Shown here piece after piece: positions 1-10,030 of a DNA stretch of 64,000 nt. Made by a program: the position numbers and the translations under genes. Positions within the stretch are counted from its first letter, which is position 1. Every line of letters begins with the position of its first letter. This DNA is from Candidatus Latescibacterota bacterium (GTDB lineage Bacteria > Latescibacterota > UBA2968 > UBA8231). The notes below the pieces were generated by a model that saw nothing but the letters and a program-made list of their open reading frames with translations, had not been told where the DNA came from and ran no database searches. The stretch is taken from assembly GCA_965203175.1 (NCBI GenBank), contig OZ241867.1, positions 2,144,001-2,208,000 on the forward strand, read 5' to 3'.

Positions 1-61
1 TGAGAAAGCCGACGAAATTGGGCAGCAAAAAGAAGAACGCGGCTTTGTTTTGACTCTTCAT
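1..61 (-). CDS. Carbohydrate ABC transporter permease, N-terminal fragment (runs off window)
   Basis: ATG at 61 overlaps the SBP stop (TGATG); reads MKSQNKAAFFFLLPNFVGFL, a typical MalF/UgpA-type start. Confidence 0.7.
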   Translation of the reverse strand, partial: MKSQNKAAFFFLLPNFVGFL

Positions 62-1350
62 CAGGGGGTTTCTTCGGAGTAGATGCGCTGCAGATAGGTG
101 TTGGTCACTTGGTGGGCTTCGGCGAGGGCTTCGGCCACGCTCTCGCGGCCGGTGAGGGCTGCGTCGAGTTCGTCGAGCATCCGGCGGTAGAGATCTTCCC
201 ACCACAGTTCTTGGGGGAAGAGCCGGACATTGTAGTCCATCGAGCGCACGAAGACCTCCTCCTCGTAGGGCGTCGCCGCCCGCGGATAGGTGTTGCGGGC
301 CACCGAGCGCTGCGGTGGCAGGTCGCTGCCCAACTTGGCCATCTTGGTCGTCGCCTCGGCCGAGATCATGTGCTTGAGCACATCCCAGGCGACTTCTGGC
401 TCGCGCGTGCCCTTCCAGATGGTAAAACCGACGCTGGCATAGCGCGTCTGTCGGCCAGCCGGTCCCTGGGGAAAGAGCGCCGCGTCCCACTCGAAGCGGT
501 CCAAGAGCTGAAAAGTCGGCAGCATCCACGGCCCCATGATGCCGATGGCGATGCGCCCGGCCTCAAACGTGAAGGTGCTCATGGCGTTGTCGCTGCGCAC
601 GCCAGGGCGGGGTGGGCTGACCTTGTGCTTGAAATAGAGATCGACGTAGAACTGTACTGCTTGGGCCACCCGCGGATCGTCGAGGTTGGAGACGTAGCGC
701 CCGTTTTCCTGCCGGAGGAAGTCTCCACCCATGCTCCACACGTAGCTGGCGATGTCGTACGGGGTGCAGCCGTAGACATCTGGCAGGCCGTCTTGGTCTT
801 CGTCGATGGTCAGGGCCTTGGCCTTGACTAGGAGATCGTCGAGCGTCCAGTCGTCGGTGGGATAGCTGATACCGTAGCGGTCGAAGAGGTTTTTGTTGTA
901 AAAGCAGGTGATGGTGCTGCCTTTGACCGGAATGCCGTAGAGGGTGCCGTGGTAGGTGTACGCTTGCAGACCCACTGGATAGTAATCGCCGATGTCGAGC
1001 TGGTCGCGCCGCATTAAGTCGTCGAGCGGCAGGAGTTGCCCGGTGCTAGCGACTTGGGGCATCTGCCGCCAGTGCAATACGCAGATATCGGGGGCGTGCC
1101 CGGCGTCCATGCCCGTCAGGAGCTTCTGCACGACGCTGCGACCGGGTACTACCTCTAAACGCAGGCGAACTTCCGGGTGCTGTTGGCGATATTCGGCGGC
1201 GACATTGCGGTACAGCTCGGCTTCTTGCGGCGACCCCCATACCCACATGGTCAGCACCTCTTCGGCCGGGTACCAGTGAATGGAGAGGAAGCTCCAGAGT
1301 GCCCCGGCAGCTAGTGCTGCGACGATCCCCAAGCGAACAAAAGGCGGCAA
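61..1350 (-). CDS. Sugar ABC transporter substrate-binding protein
   Basis: N-terminal hydrophobic anchor, APDI motif, G.LYGIP...YNKNLFD, F.AG.IA...GPW motifs of SBP family 1. Confidence 0.9.
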   Translation of the reverse strand: MPPFVRLGIVAALAAGALWSFLSIHWYPAEEVLTMWVWGSPQEAELYRNVAAEYRQQHPEVRLRLEVVPGRSVVQKLLTGMDAGHAPDICVLHWRQMPQVASTGQLLPLDDLMRRDQLDIGDYYPVGLQAYTYHGTLYGIPVKGSTITCFYNKNLFDRYGISYPTDDWTLDDLLVKAKALTIDEDQDGLPDVYGCTPYDIASYVWSMGGDFLRQENGRYVSNLDDPRVAQAVQFYVDLYFKHKVSPPRPGVRSDNAMSTFTFEAGRIAIGIMGPWMLPTFQLLDRFEWDAALFPQGPAGRQTRYASVGFTIWKGTREPEVAWDVLKHMISAEATTKMAKLGSDLPPQRSVARNTYPRAATPYEEEVFVRSMDYNVRLFPQELWWEDLYRRMLDELDAALTGRESVAEALAEAHQVTNTYLQRIYSEETP

Positions 1351-1359
1351 GGCGAGAAT

Positions 1360-2232
1360 CTAGCCGGTGGCGAATACTTTTTCTTGTTCTTGCAGCGGCT
1401 TTTGCAGCTCGTAGATGCCGCCGCCGCTGCGCGCTCCGGCTGGCATGCGCGTGCGAGCCGTCATCGACACGAGGCGAAAATCGTAGGTGGGTTCGCCGCG
1501 CAGGATGTTGGCGTTAAAGGAATCCCAATTGCCCACTCCGCCGAGCGGCCAGGCGTCGACGGCTGCGTACTGATACAGCAAGAGCCGCCGGGATATACCC
1601 GAGCGGTTGAGCGCCGAGCCGTGCAAGGTGCGGGCGTGGTGGATGGAAAGCGAGCCGGCTTTCATTTCTAGGGGCACGGCCGACGTGAGGTCGATATGGT
1701 CGCGGCTGGGACTGATAGCCCCGATGAAGTAGCCGTCTTGGTGGTGATCGAGGATCGGGCCCCGGTGAGAGCCGGGTACTACCATCATGCAGCCGTTTTC
1801 TCGCGTGGCATCGTCTAGCGCAATGCCCACGGCGCACAAATCGTCGTTGGAGTGCGGATAGTGGGCAAAGTCTTGGTGCCACTCGACTGGGCTGCCGCCG
1901 TCGGCCGGCTTCATGTTGAGCTTGTCGCCTTGGGCGCGGATGGCCGGACCGATCAGGGGTGTCAAAAGGTCTAGGATGCGGCTGTCGCGCATTAAGCCAT
2001 CGAAGAAGGGGTGATAACTCGCTGGCGAGCTCAGGCGGCGCACCTTGGGGTTTTCGGGGGTGTGATCCGGCTCTAGGTCGAAGTGCCCGCTCTGCTCGGA
2101 GACGTGCCGCGACTGCTCGACGAAGTCATCGACAATGGCGTGTGCCTCCTCCAACTCGTCTGGGCGCAACACATCCTCGAAGACGAGATAGCCATGTTCG
2201 CGGTAGAAATCGACCTGTTCCTGGGTGAGCAT
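1360..2232 (-). CDS. Phytanoyl-CoA dioxygenase (PhyH) family Fe(II)/2OG oxygenase, canonical HxD
   Basis: MLTQEQVDFYREHGYL start, WHQD, NGCMMVVPGSH, distal HGS. Confidence 0.92.
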   Translation of the reverse strand: MLTQEQVDFYREHGYLVFEDVLRPDELEEAHAIVDDFVEQSRHVSEQSGHFDLEPDHTPENPKVRRLSSPASYHPFFDGLMRDSRILDLLTPLIGPAIRAQGDKLNMKPADGGSPVEWHQDFAHYPHSNDDLCAVGIALDDATRENGCMMVVPGSHRGPILDHHQDGYFIGAISPSRDHIDLTSAVPLEMKAGSLSIHHARTLHGSALNRSGISRRLLLYQYAAVDAWPLGGVGNWDSFNANILRGEPTYDFRLVSMTARTRMPAGARSGGGIYELQKPLQEQEKVFATG

Positions 2233-2250
2233 ATAACCTCCTGAAAGTAT

Positions 2251-2288
2251 TCGGGCAGGCCCCGCACCTAGGTGGGACCTGCCCGGAA
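2251..2288. terminator. Intergenic stem-loop
   Basis: cgggcagg...cacc ta ggtg...cctgcccg inverted repeat between 2314..3210 and phyH. Confidence 0.5.
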
Positions 2289-2313
2289 TGGTACTGCGAT
2301 TGAGATGAACGGC

Positions 2314-3210
2314 CTAGAACTGGGACTTGATCCGGCCCCAACTGCTCGACTCGACGGCCGTGTCCACGGCACCCCAGTCGATGCCGGGATCGGCCGGAGT
2401 TAGCAGCAAGTCTTGGGCGGCGTGGCAGCACGAAATGGGATTGGTGCTCCACATGCCGATGCGGTTGTCGCCATCGCCTGCACCACCATCGACGTCGTTA
2501 ACCGTCAGGGTGATGTGAATGACCCCGCCCTCGGTCAGGTCGTGGATCTCGACCTGTTCCTCAGTGGCCTCAGCCGAGCGCGGCATCTTCTCGATCGGCA
2601 GGATGCGGAGCTCGTAGGTGTACGTGCTCTCGCCGAACTCTTCGCCCTCGTGACTGGAGGCGATCTCGATCCACTGCGAGCCGCTGGTCAGCCACGGCAG
2701 GTTGTAGATCGGGCGATACCACTCAAAGGTTTCCTGATAGACCGGGAAGGCGAACTTGTAGCTGAAGTTGGTCGCATCGTCGCCGGGATTCAGGTCGTCG
2801 CGGCCTTGGTGTGCAGCGTTGAGCTCGTACTCGACGCTGTCATCCCAGAAGAATTTGCCTGGGTCTTGACGCTGAGTGATGTGAATGTCGTCGAAGACGC
2901 GGCTGGTGATGTACACGTTGTTGGTGCCGTCATTCCAGCCGACGAGGTGGCGGATCTGCATCGAGCTGGCGTCCAGCCCGCCGCGGTCGACGTTCTCGCC
3001 GGCAAAGCCGTGGATCGAGAACAAGGACTCGCTGAAAATCCCGTACGAGTCGAGGGGCACAGGAGCCCACTCGCCAGCGTTGCCGTCGATGACGGGCACG
3101 TTGGCATCGGGAAAGTTCACGGCGACCAACAGTTCGCCAGGCGGCTCGTGGGCTTGGGCGGCAACCACAAGGCCCAACGAGGCTAAGGCGGTGGTGAGGA
3201 GCTTTTTCAT
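2314..3210 (-). CDS. Secreted acidic protein, CBM9/DOMON-like, with C-terminal TAVESSSWGRIK tail
   Basis: Signal peptide (AQA|H), P.IDG...EW motif, ends TAVESSSWGRIKSQF. Confidence 0.65.
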   Translation of the reverse strand: MKKLLTTALASLGLVVAAQAHEPPGELLVAVNFPDANVPVIDGNAGEWAPVPLDSYGIFSESLFSIHGFAGENVDRGGLDASSMQIRHLVGWNDGTNNVYITSRVFDDIHITQRQDPGKFFWDDSVEYELNAAHQGRDDLNPGDDATNFSYKFAFPVYQETFEWYRPIYNLPWLTSGSQWIEIASSHEGEEFGESTYTYELRILPIEKMPRSAEATEEQVEIHDLTEGGVIHITLTVNDVDGGAGDGDNRIGMWSTNPISCCHAAQDLLLTPADPGIDWGAVDTAVESSSWGRIKSQF

Positions 3211-3301
3211 GGTGAAACTACCTCCACGAGATAGGGTTTAAAGAAGAGAGAAGGTGCGGCGACTCGGCCGCCTTCTCGTTCCACAACGAGATAAAGGGTT
3301 C

Positions 3302-3331
3302 AATATACACGCCTACAAAAGCGTACGTCAA
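3302..3331 (-). promoter_or_regulatory. Putative sigma70 promoter for 2314..3210
   Basis: Minus strand TTGACG-N18-TATATT. Confidence 0.45.
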
Positions 3332-3334
3332 GGC

Positions 3335-5920
3335 TTAAATCCCCGCGTAAATGGCGATGAATGATTGGGTTTCGGTGCGCGATGGGGCGTCCTTGAAATT
3401 CTTGCGCTCTAGCACCAGCCCAATCACGGTCTGTAGCTTGTAGCCTTGGTAGGCCGATTCGTTTTTGAACTGAACGCCCCAAGTCAGCGCCGTGAAGTCG
3501 TTGGCATCCACGTCAAAATCGTCGAAGATCAGGTACTCTAGGCCCGCTTGTAGCTTGGTGATCTCTAGGACATCGGTGCCCGCCAATAGCGAGAAGAGTT
3601 CCGCTAAGGTCGTTCGGCGCTCGTCCGTGAACAGGTCGCGGCTCTGTTTGATAAACTCGCTCTTCCAGCGCGGTGCTAAATAGAGGGGGCCGAGCGCGTG
3701 GCGGTAGTGGACCTTGTTGATCATCCCTAAGAAGAAATCCGTCTCGGCTAGGCCCCAGCGCTGCCGCTGCTCGGCGTCCACGAGTTGGTGAAAGACCACC
3801 CAGTTGACCTTGCTCTGTAGGTTCAGCGAAAAGGCGCGCGCATTGTGGCCGAGGAAGAGTTGGTTGATCCAAGTGTCGCGGGCCAGCAGCGGATCGTCGA
3901 TTTCGGTCAGCGTGCCGAGGCGCAGCGCGTTGTCGGGTGCCCACTGCAAGAGCGGGTCAGCGATGTCGTCCTCCACGCGCTTGGTCATGCCGAAGAAGCG
4001 CAAATCGCCGTAGCGCGCCCAACTCCGGTCGAACCGCAGAAGTGCGTACGCACTGTGGTTTTTCTGGTTGGAAGAGATGAGTTCTTCGCGCAGGAGGCCG
4101 GCGATGACCTTTAGCTGCGGAGCCAAGTAGGTGCCGACGTACGCGTTGTAGCCCTGGTGGTCGCGCTTGTAGGGGTAATCCGGCTCTTGGTCGTTTTCGT
4201 ATTGGTCAGTCCAGAAGTTGTTGTTCATGTCAACGCCGAAGAGGAATTCGGGCCGATCTACCGCAAAGCGCAGAAAAGGCTCTTCGTAATCCGGGATCGA
4301 GTTGGTGCGCACTCGGCTGTCGTTTTGGTTGATGTCGGGTACGAAGTCGTTGTTCTGGTCCCAACCCGGAAAGACTTGGCGGTCGGGAAAGGCCCAGTCG
4401 GCGCGGAAGGTGTCTGGCACCCGGTCTTGGTCGTCGTTGTCTTCCACGAGGTCCATGAGACTGCGGTCGTTTTGGTAGTCGATGCTGCCGTCGTCTTGGG
4501 TGACGAAAGTTTGGGTGTTGTAGCGCGGGTGCATGTGATAGGCTTCGCCGTAGATGAAGAAGCGGGACCACTGACGAGACAGATTGAGCATATAGGCTGG
4601 TGCGTTGCGCGCACCGACAATGCCGGATGAGGTCTGGTGTTCTTCGACGAGGATGTTGGGATATTTGCGGTAGTTCCAATTGATATCATACTCGCCGTAC
4701 AGGTCGAAGCCCATCACGTCGGTGGCCGTCACGGTACCGCCGAGGATGTGGGTTGCCGTCGGCAGCCCGGCTTCAAAGCTGATGACGCGCAGGTTAGACA
4801 AGTCTTTGATGTTGCCCGGTGCTTGCGTCACCAGCAGAGACGCGTCCGAGGTCATCCAGACTTGATAGTCGTTGGCTACGACCAGCCGGAATTCTACCTT
4901 GACGATCTCGGTCTTGTCGGCCGCGGCTCGGTTGATGAAACTCGCGCTGTCGAAGTCGTAGAGTAGGCGGATTTCGTCGTTGCCGTTGGCCTCGATATAG
5001 CCCGGTCTGGGCGCGCCGCCTTCCACTACGGGTTCAAAGCGGATCTCGCGGCCCGAATCCACGCGGCCATCCCGATAGGTGATGAAGATGTCCGAGCCCG
5101 CTGGAAAATACGCTGCGCCGCCCACGCCGTCGTCTGGCGAGTCGTCGCGCAGCGCGATTTCGATGCGGGAGATGGTGCGGTTCTGGCCTTGGGTCAGCGA
5201 CCCGGTTACCCAATTGCTCAACAGGGCCTCTTCCGAGAGGGAATTGGCTTGGTGGGCGTTGGCAGTGTGGACGCCGAGCTCGACGAAGTCGCCGATTTGC
5301 ACCTCAAAGCGCCCCCCGATCAGAGTGGTGGAATTAGTGCGGAGCAGTTCTCGATTGGTAATGCCGCGCGGGGCACTGGCCTGCGCGTAGAGGAACGTGC
5401 CCCGGTACTTGTCCATGGCAAAGTCGAACTGCACGCCGTCGAGGCGCGGTTTGGACAGCACCATGGGCGTCAGGGTGGTGCGCAGGTCGCTGCTGATGGT
5501 CAGCGCGTAGGCGTATTGTCCTTTTTGCTCGGAGGCCACCGCGACTTCGGAAAACCAGTTGCGGAAGCGCTGGGCCTCAAACAGTACGGTGCCGAATTCC
5601 TCGGGGTTGGCCTGAGATACGTTGTATATCAGCCAGCCCTGATTGAGGAAGTTGCCAAAGGTGTCGTAGAAGAAATTCCCCTCGATGTCGGTACTGACAT
5701 ACCGCTGATAGGGCACGCGTGCGTAGTTGGTAGTGCTCCACTGCCGCCAGTGGTGTTCGGCGACCAGCTCTTGGGGCACGTACCAGCGGCGCACCGCCGG
5801 GTCGAGGGCCTCCGCGCCTGGGGAGGCCAGCGATTGCAGCCCAATTTGGGCTGTGGCCGAGCCGCTTGCGGCCCACAAAAGTAGGGCTATCTTGCAGATG
5901 TGTTTCGCAGTTTCTGCCAT
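3335..5920 (-). CDS. Large exported protein with acidic Dx[DN]xD repeats and beta-rich C-terminus (paralog of 11974..14643)
   Basis: Signal peptide; DNDDQD/DQNNDFVPD/DMNNN repeats; long shared blocks with the paralog. Confidence 0.75.
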   Translation of the reverse strand: MAETAKHICKIALLLWAASGSATAQIGLQSLASPGAEALDPAVRRWYVPQELVAEHHWRQWSTTNYARVPYQRYVSTDIEGNFFYDTFGNFLNQGWLIYNVSQANPEEFGTVLFEAQRFRNWFSEVAVASEQKGQYAYALTISSDLRTTLTPMVLSKPRLDGVQFDFAMDKYRGTFLYAQASAPRGITNRELLRTNSTTLIGGRFEVQIGDFVELGVHTANAHQANSLSEEALLSNWVTGSLTQGQNRTISRIEIALRDDSPDDGVGGAAYFPAGSDIFITYRDGRVDSGREIRFEPVVEGGAPRPGYIEANGNDEIRLLYDFDSASFINRAAADKTEIVKVEFRLVVANDYQVWMTSDASLLVTQAPGNIKDLSNLRVISFEAGLPTATHILGGTVTATDVMGFDLYGEYDINWNYRKYPNILVEEHQTSSGIVGARNAPAYMLNLSRQWSRFFIYGEAYHMHPRYNTQTFVTQDDGSIDYQNDRSLMDLVEDNDDQDRVPDTFRADWAFPDRQVFPGWDQNNDFVPDINQNDSRVRTNSIPDYEEPFLRFAVDRPEFLFGVDMNNNFWTDQYENDQEPDYPYKRDHQGYNAYVGTYLAPQLKVIAGLLREELISSNQKNHSAYALLRFDRSWARYGDLRFFGMTKRVEDDIADPLLQWAPDNALRLGTLTEIDDPLLARDTWINQLFLGHNARAFSLNLQSKVNWVVFHQLVDAEQRQRWGLAETDFFLGMINKVHYRHALGPLYLAPRWKSEFIKQSRDLFTDERRTTLAELFSLLAGTDVLEITKLQAGLEYLIFDDFDVDANDFTALTWGVQFKNESAYQGYKLQTVIGLVLERKNFKDAPSRTETQSFIAIYAGI

Positions 5921-5928
5921 TTGCTCGC

Positions 5929-7950
5929 TCAGTAGGCCACAGCTACGATACCCGCGGCTGCTGAGAGGCCCTTGTCAGTAGTTAGATCGACTTGATAGAG
6001 GTACACGCCTGGGGCGACTAGGTCTCCCTCGGTATGGCGGCCATCCCAAACCGCCGCAAAACTGCCGCTGACGGCTGGCGTGGAGATCACCTCGCGCACC
6101 AGTCGGCCGGACAGGTCGAAAATTCGCAGAGCGATCTGGCGCGGTTCGCCGATGTTGCGCAGGTCGTACGAAATCATGGTCTGATCGTTGATCCCGTCGC
6201 CATTGGGCGTCAGCGTCGCGGGATGCGCGGTGACTTTCCGCACGAGTTCGCCGCCGACGGGCGTGCGCACTGATAGGGCGTCACCGGCAAAGCGGAAGGT
6301 CGCATTGCCGGGCCGGACTTGCTGTTTGAGTTCGGGCTCGGTGCTGTCGTACACCCAACCGGTGAATTCCGCGCCAAAGCGCAGTACCTTGGCGTCGAAG
6401 ACAACCTCAATGCGGCGCTCGTTGTCGCGCGGCGCAACAAACGGCTCAAAGCTAATGACGATCCGGTCTTCCTCTAATTGAGGTGGAAAGTCGTCGATGA
6501 TTTCTCGGCCATCGACCGCGACCGAATGGACGGCTTCGGCCGGGACTTGGGTGAAGATCTCCAGCCGATCAAAACCCCGATCGCCGTCTTCGAGTACGGG
6601 CCGCACCACATAGGTGAAGGTCTGCGGCTCGAAGTTTTCGGTCTCAACCGGCCAAATCTCGGCGATCACGTTTTGAGCCGCGGGATCTTCGGCAAACAGC
6701 AGGGACATCTCGTCGATGCGCGGCGCTTTGTCCCCGTCGGAAAACATGACCACTTCTAGCTGCAAGTACTGGCTGGGTCCGGGCGATAGGAGGGGCGTTC
6801 CGTCCTCCCAGCCTGTTGCCTCTGGGTTGCTCAGCCCGGCCGCAAAGTCGTAGGGCGTTGACCAGAAGCTCCAGTTGTCCACATCGTAGGTCACCTGGAT
6901 CTGGCCGAACCGACCCACTTGGTAGGTCGTGGTGTACTCGTCTTTGGACACCTGCTCAAAGCTGCCGGTGCTGCCGATTTTCCAGAACAGATTGGGCTGT
7001 GGCGTGGCTCCGGTGCGCGTGCGCAATACGAGGCGAGTACCCTCGGGCACCTCGCCCTGCCAGCGAATCTTGCTCCACGCCACTGGGCGACCAAAGTCCA
7101 ACACACCCGTGCGATAGGAGGTTTTGGTGACGAAGCCCTCGCCGTACACCTCCATTTCGGCGATCTCCCAGGTGCGCTCGGGGTTGATCGGGCGAATGCC
7201 AACCCAGCGCAAGTCGCGCGTGGGAAAGCGCAAATCCACGATTTGGTCGAGGTTTTCAACATTGCGCTCTAGGATGTCGAATTCCGGGTCGTTGGTCGAG
7301 GTGAGCGAGCGGCTGATGTCTTGGTACCAGCGCTTGCCCGGTGCTTCCTCTTGGGGTGCGGACCTAAAAGGCGCGGTGTTATCGGCTACGCCGATTTCGT
7401 ACCAAGCCAAGTAGTTTTCCTCAAAGCCTGGTCGCGGATAGAAGCGGATGCGGTTGACTGGCATCTCGGCACCCAAGTTGAGGACTGTGTTTTTCACGTA
7501 GCCGATATTGAGGCCAGCTAGGCGCGGTGAGATATCGACCTGCCGCAAGGTCGCCGTTTCTGGGTCGCCGTCAATCATGACCTGGACCTCTCTGGCGGCC
7601 TCGCGGGTATAGCCGACGGAGACGCTCGTGAAGAGGTTGCCGCCGCGCTCGGCCAAGTTCACGTCTAACGCGAGGTTGACCGACGGATCGACCCATATTG
7701 GCCGGATGGCATTGTCGTCGTAGGTAATCATGGTATCGACGCCTGCTTCCTCCGCGCCGATGGCGATGGGAAGCGTACCCAAGACTGCGCCTTGGTTATC
7801 GACGATGGTGTACTCGGTCTGTTCGTCGGTGATCAGCCCCTGCCAAGAAGTGCCCATTGGGCCGCCGATGTGAAGCTCGGCCCGCCCCCACACCGCGCTG
7901 GTGCACCAAGCCGCGAGTACTACGTTCAACAACAGCATTTGCTTTAACAC
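5929..7950 (-). CDS. Secreted protein with C-terminal TPNGDG.ND / FlgD-Ig domain
   Basis: Probable GTG start at 7950 after GAGGGAG; C-term LTPNGDGINDQ..IFDLSGRLV..WDG...PGVYLY. Confidence 0.8.
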   Translation of the reverse strand: MLKQMLLLNVVLAAWCTSAVWGRAELHIGGPMGTSWQGLITDEQTEYTIVDNQGAVLGTLPIAIGAEEAGVDTMITYDDNAIRPIWVDPSVNLALDVNLAERGGNLFTSVSVGYTREAAREVQVMIDGDPETATLRQVDISPRLAGLNIGYVKNTVLNLGAEMPVNRIRFYPRPGFEENYLAWYEIGVADNTAPFRSAPQEEAPGKRWYQDISRSLTSTNDPEFDILERNVENLDQIVDLRFPTRDLRWVGIRPINPERTWEIAEMEVYGEGFVTKTSYRTGVLDFGRPVAWSKIRWQGEVPEGTRLVLRTRTGATPQPNLFWKIGSTGSFEQVSKDEYTTTYQVGRFGQIQVTYDVDNWSFWSTPYDFAAGLSNPEATGWEDGTPLLSPGPSQYLQLEVVMFSDGDKAPRIDEMSLLFAEDPAAQNVIAEIWPVETENFEPQTFTYVVRPVLEDGDRGFDRLEIFTQVPAEAVHSVAVDGREIIDDFPPQLEEDRIVISFEPFVAPRDNERRIEVVFDAKVLRFGAEFTGWVYDSTEPELKQQVRPGNATFRFAGDALSVRTPVGGELVRKVTAHPATLTPNGDGINDQTMISYDLRNIGEPRQIALRIFDLSGRLVREVISTPAVSGSFAAVWDGRHTEGDLVAPGVYLYQVDLTTDKGLSAAAGIVAVAY

Positions 7951-7963
7951 GATCTTTTCTCCC

Positions 7964-10030
7964 TCAATAGGCCACGCCGACGGTGCGCGTGCTGGCGCTA
8001 GCGCGCGCATCGCCCTCGATGTTGAGTTGGATTAGATAGAGGCCAGGAGCCACGTTCTCACCCTGATCGTCGGTCCCGTCCCACTGCAGTTGGGTCAGGC
8101 TTTCCGAGCTGTACACGCCGCTCTGTCCTTTGATGTTAAAAAGGCGACGCACCCGGCGGCCCCCTAAGTCGTATATATTGACCGCAATCTGCCCGCCATC
8201 GACCGCGAGGACCTCGCATTCCATATCCAAGACGTCGTTGATTCCGTCGCCATTAGGTGTGATAACGGACGCGGCGAGGTCAAAGCTGCCGACTAGGCTG
8301 CCGCTGTTGACGGCCGGGCTCAAGACGGTAGTGTCCGACTTAAACGAGATGTCGCCTTCGTCCAGCGCAGTGGCGTCTCCGGCTTGGACGCTTTGGAAGG
8401 CGTCTTCTTCCAACAGCAATCCCCGGCCCTCAAAGGCCGTGCTGTACGAGAGGATGCGGCTGACGAAGTGGATCTTTAGTACGGCATTGTGCGCTGTCAC
8501 CCTCGGGAAGCGCACCACAAAGCTGCGCTCTGCGATGGCGGTGATGGCCACATCGCCCTCGTCGGTGACCGCGTCTTGTACCGCAAAGTCGTGCGCTAGA
8601 AGGAGCTCACCTTGCGCGTCGATAATTTCAATGCGCTCGATGCGGTCTATCCGGCTGCCGGTGATTAGTTCAAAGCTGTCGAAGCCCTGCAAATCCTCAC
8701 TCTCTATCTCGGCGCGCACGGCATAGACGAAGGGAATGTCTGCGGCTGCGGGCACCTCGCGTGGAAAGATCTCGCCGACGAGAACATCGGCCAACGCCGG
8801 CGTTGTGAAGTCAAAGGAAAACTGCCGCAGGATTTTGGCCGATTCTAGGTCGTCGGACTGAAAGTCAACCCGGAACTGGAAGTAGCGGCGCGGCCCGGGC
8901 GAGAGGACCAACGCGCCTTCGCTACTAGTGCCGGCGACCGGATCGTAGGGCGAAGTCCATGGACTCCAATTGGCCAAGTCGTCGCGTACGGGACCGCGTT
9001 CCCACACATCGGCGGGGCCTCCCTTGGCCGGTAGGTCGAGATACTCGTCGCGCAAGAGCGGCTGGTCGGGGTCATCGACTGAGGATGCGATCTCCTCGGC
9101 GTCTTGCCTCCCCACTCGCTTGCGCGTATAGGCGAAGGGCGACAAGTCGCTGCCGCTGCGGGTGCGGATGTGCATCTGCACGGCGCTCGCCTGCCCAACG
9201 GTCTCCTCCAGCCAGCGCAAGCGTCCCCAATTGGCCGGAGTGCCCATGTCGATGAGCGGCGAAATGTACTGCACGGTGGGGAAGAAGCCCTCGCCGAAGA
9301 CTTGGAATTTTTCCACCTCAAAGGGGATGGATGAGGTGGCGCGCAGGCGAATGAAGCGCAAAAAGCGCGGTGGGTCGATCTCAATGGTGGCGACCGGATC
9401 GGTGTTGTTGGTGTGCACCGCAAAGGTCTCCCATATTGGGTTACCTGCCTCGGTCAACACTTGGCCGTCGTTGACTTGCACCTCGAAGTTTTTGAGAAAA
9501 TCCTCTTGAAAGGGCGTCGATGGAGACGGAAAGACCGTATTGCGCGGGAAGAAGCGAATTTGGTTGACGCCAAAGCGAGCGCCCAAATCGAGCACGAGCA
9601 AGGTGCCCAACACGTCCCGTCCCTTGCGCTCGAAGGCCCCACCGCTGGGGTCGGGCGATACGATCTGCTCGAGAATGTTTTGCAGCTGGGACTCGGCGAG
9701 ATCGAAAACGGTCGGAGCGCGGATACTGCCGCCGCGCTCGGCGATTTCAGCGGCGAGGTTTTGCCCCTCCTGCACGCGGCGGGGCAGGATGCTAGCGGGA
9801 AAATCCGCGCTGGAAAAATCGACGAGATTGACTGGTGCGACGCCGATTTCGGTGATGTTGGGATCTAGGGTGGAGCGGTACTCCGGCTCGATGGTTTGCA
9901 CCACAGCCCCAGCCTCCACTTCCCCCTCCCAGCTAATCTGGCCGTCTTGGCCGACGAGCAGTACTTGACGCCCTTGCGCATCGCTGCCGTACAAAAGCAT
10001 CATCACACCTATGAGCAATAAGCGCTTCAT
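7964..10030 (-). CDS. Secreted protein with C-terminal TPNGDG.ND / FlgD-Ig domain
   Basis: Signal peptide; ITPNGDGIND..IYDLGGR..WDG...PGLY; RTRSG and SPGPRRYFQ blocks shared with 5929 and 14662 proteins. Confidence 0.8.
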   Translation of the reverse strand: MKRLLLIGVMMLLYGSDAQGRQVLLVGQDGQISWEGEVEAGAVVQTIEPEYRSTLDPNITEIGVAPVNLVDFSSADFPASILPRRVQEGQNLAAEIAERGGSIRAPTVFDLAESQLQNILEQIVSPDPSGGAFERKGRDVLGTLLVLDLGARFGVNQIRFFPRNTVFPSPSTPFQEDFLKNFEVQVNDGQVLTEAGNPIWETFAVHTNNTDPVATIEIDPPRFLRFIRLRATSSIPFEVEKFQVFGEGFFPTVQYISPLIDMGTPANWGRLRWLEETVGQASAVQMHIRTRSGSDLSPFAYTRKRVGRQDAEEIASSVDDPDQPLLRDEYLDLPAKGGPADVWERGPVRDDLANWSPWTSPYDPVAGTSSEGALVLSPGPRRYFQFRVDFQSDDLESAKILRQFSFDFTTPALADVLVGEIFPREVPAAADIPFVYAVRAEIESEDLQGFDSFELITGSRIDRIERIEIIDAQGELLLAHDFAVQDAVTDEGDVAITAIAERSFVVRFPRVTAHNAVLKIHFVSRILSYSTAFEGRGLLLEEDAFQSVQAGDATALDEGDISFKSDTTVLSPAVNSGSLVGSFDLAASVITPNGDGINDVLDMECEVLAVDGGQIAVNIYDLGGRRVRRLFNIKGQSGVYSSESLTQLQWDGTDDQGENVAPGLYLIQLNIEGDARASASTRTVGVAY

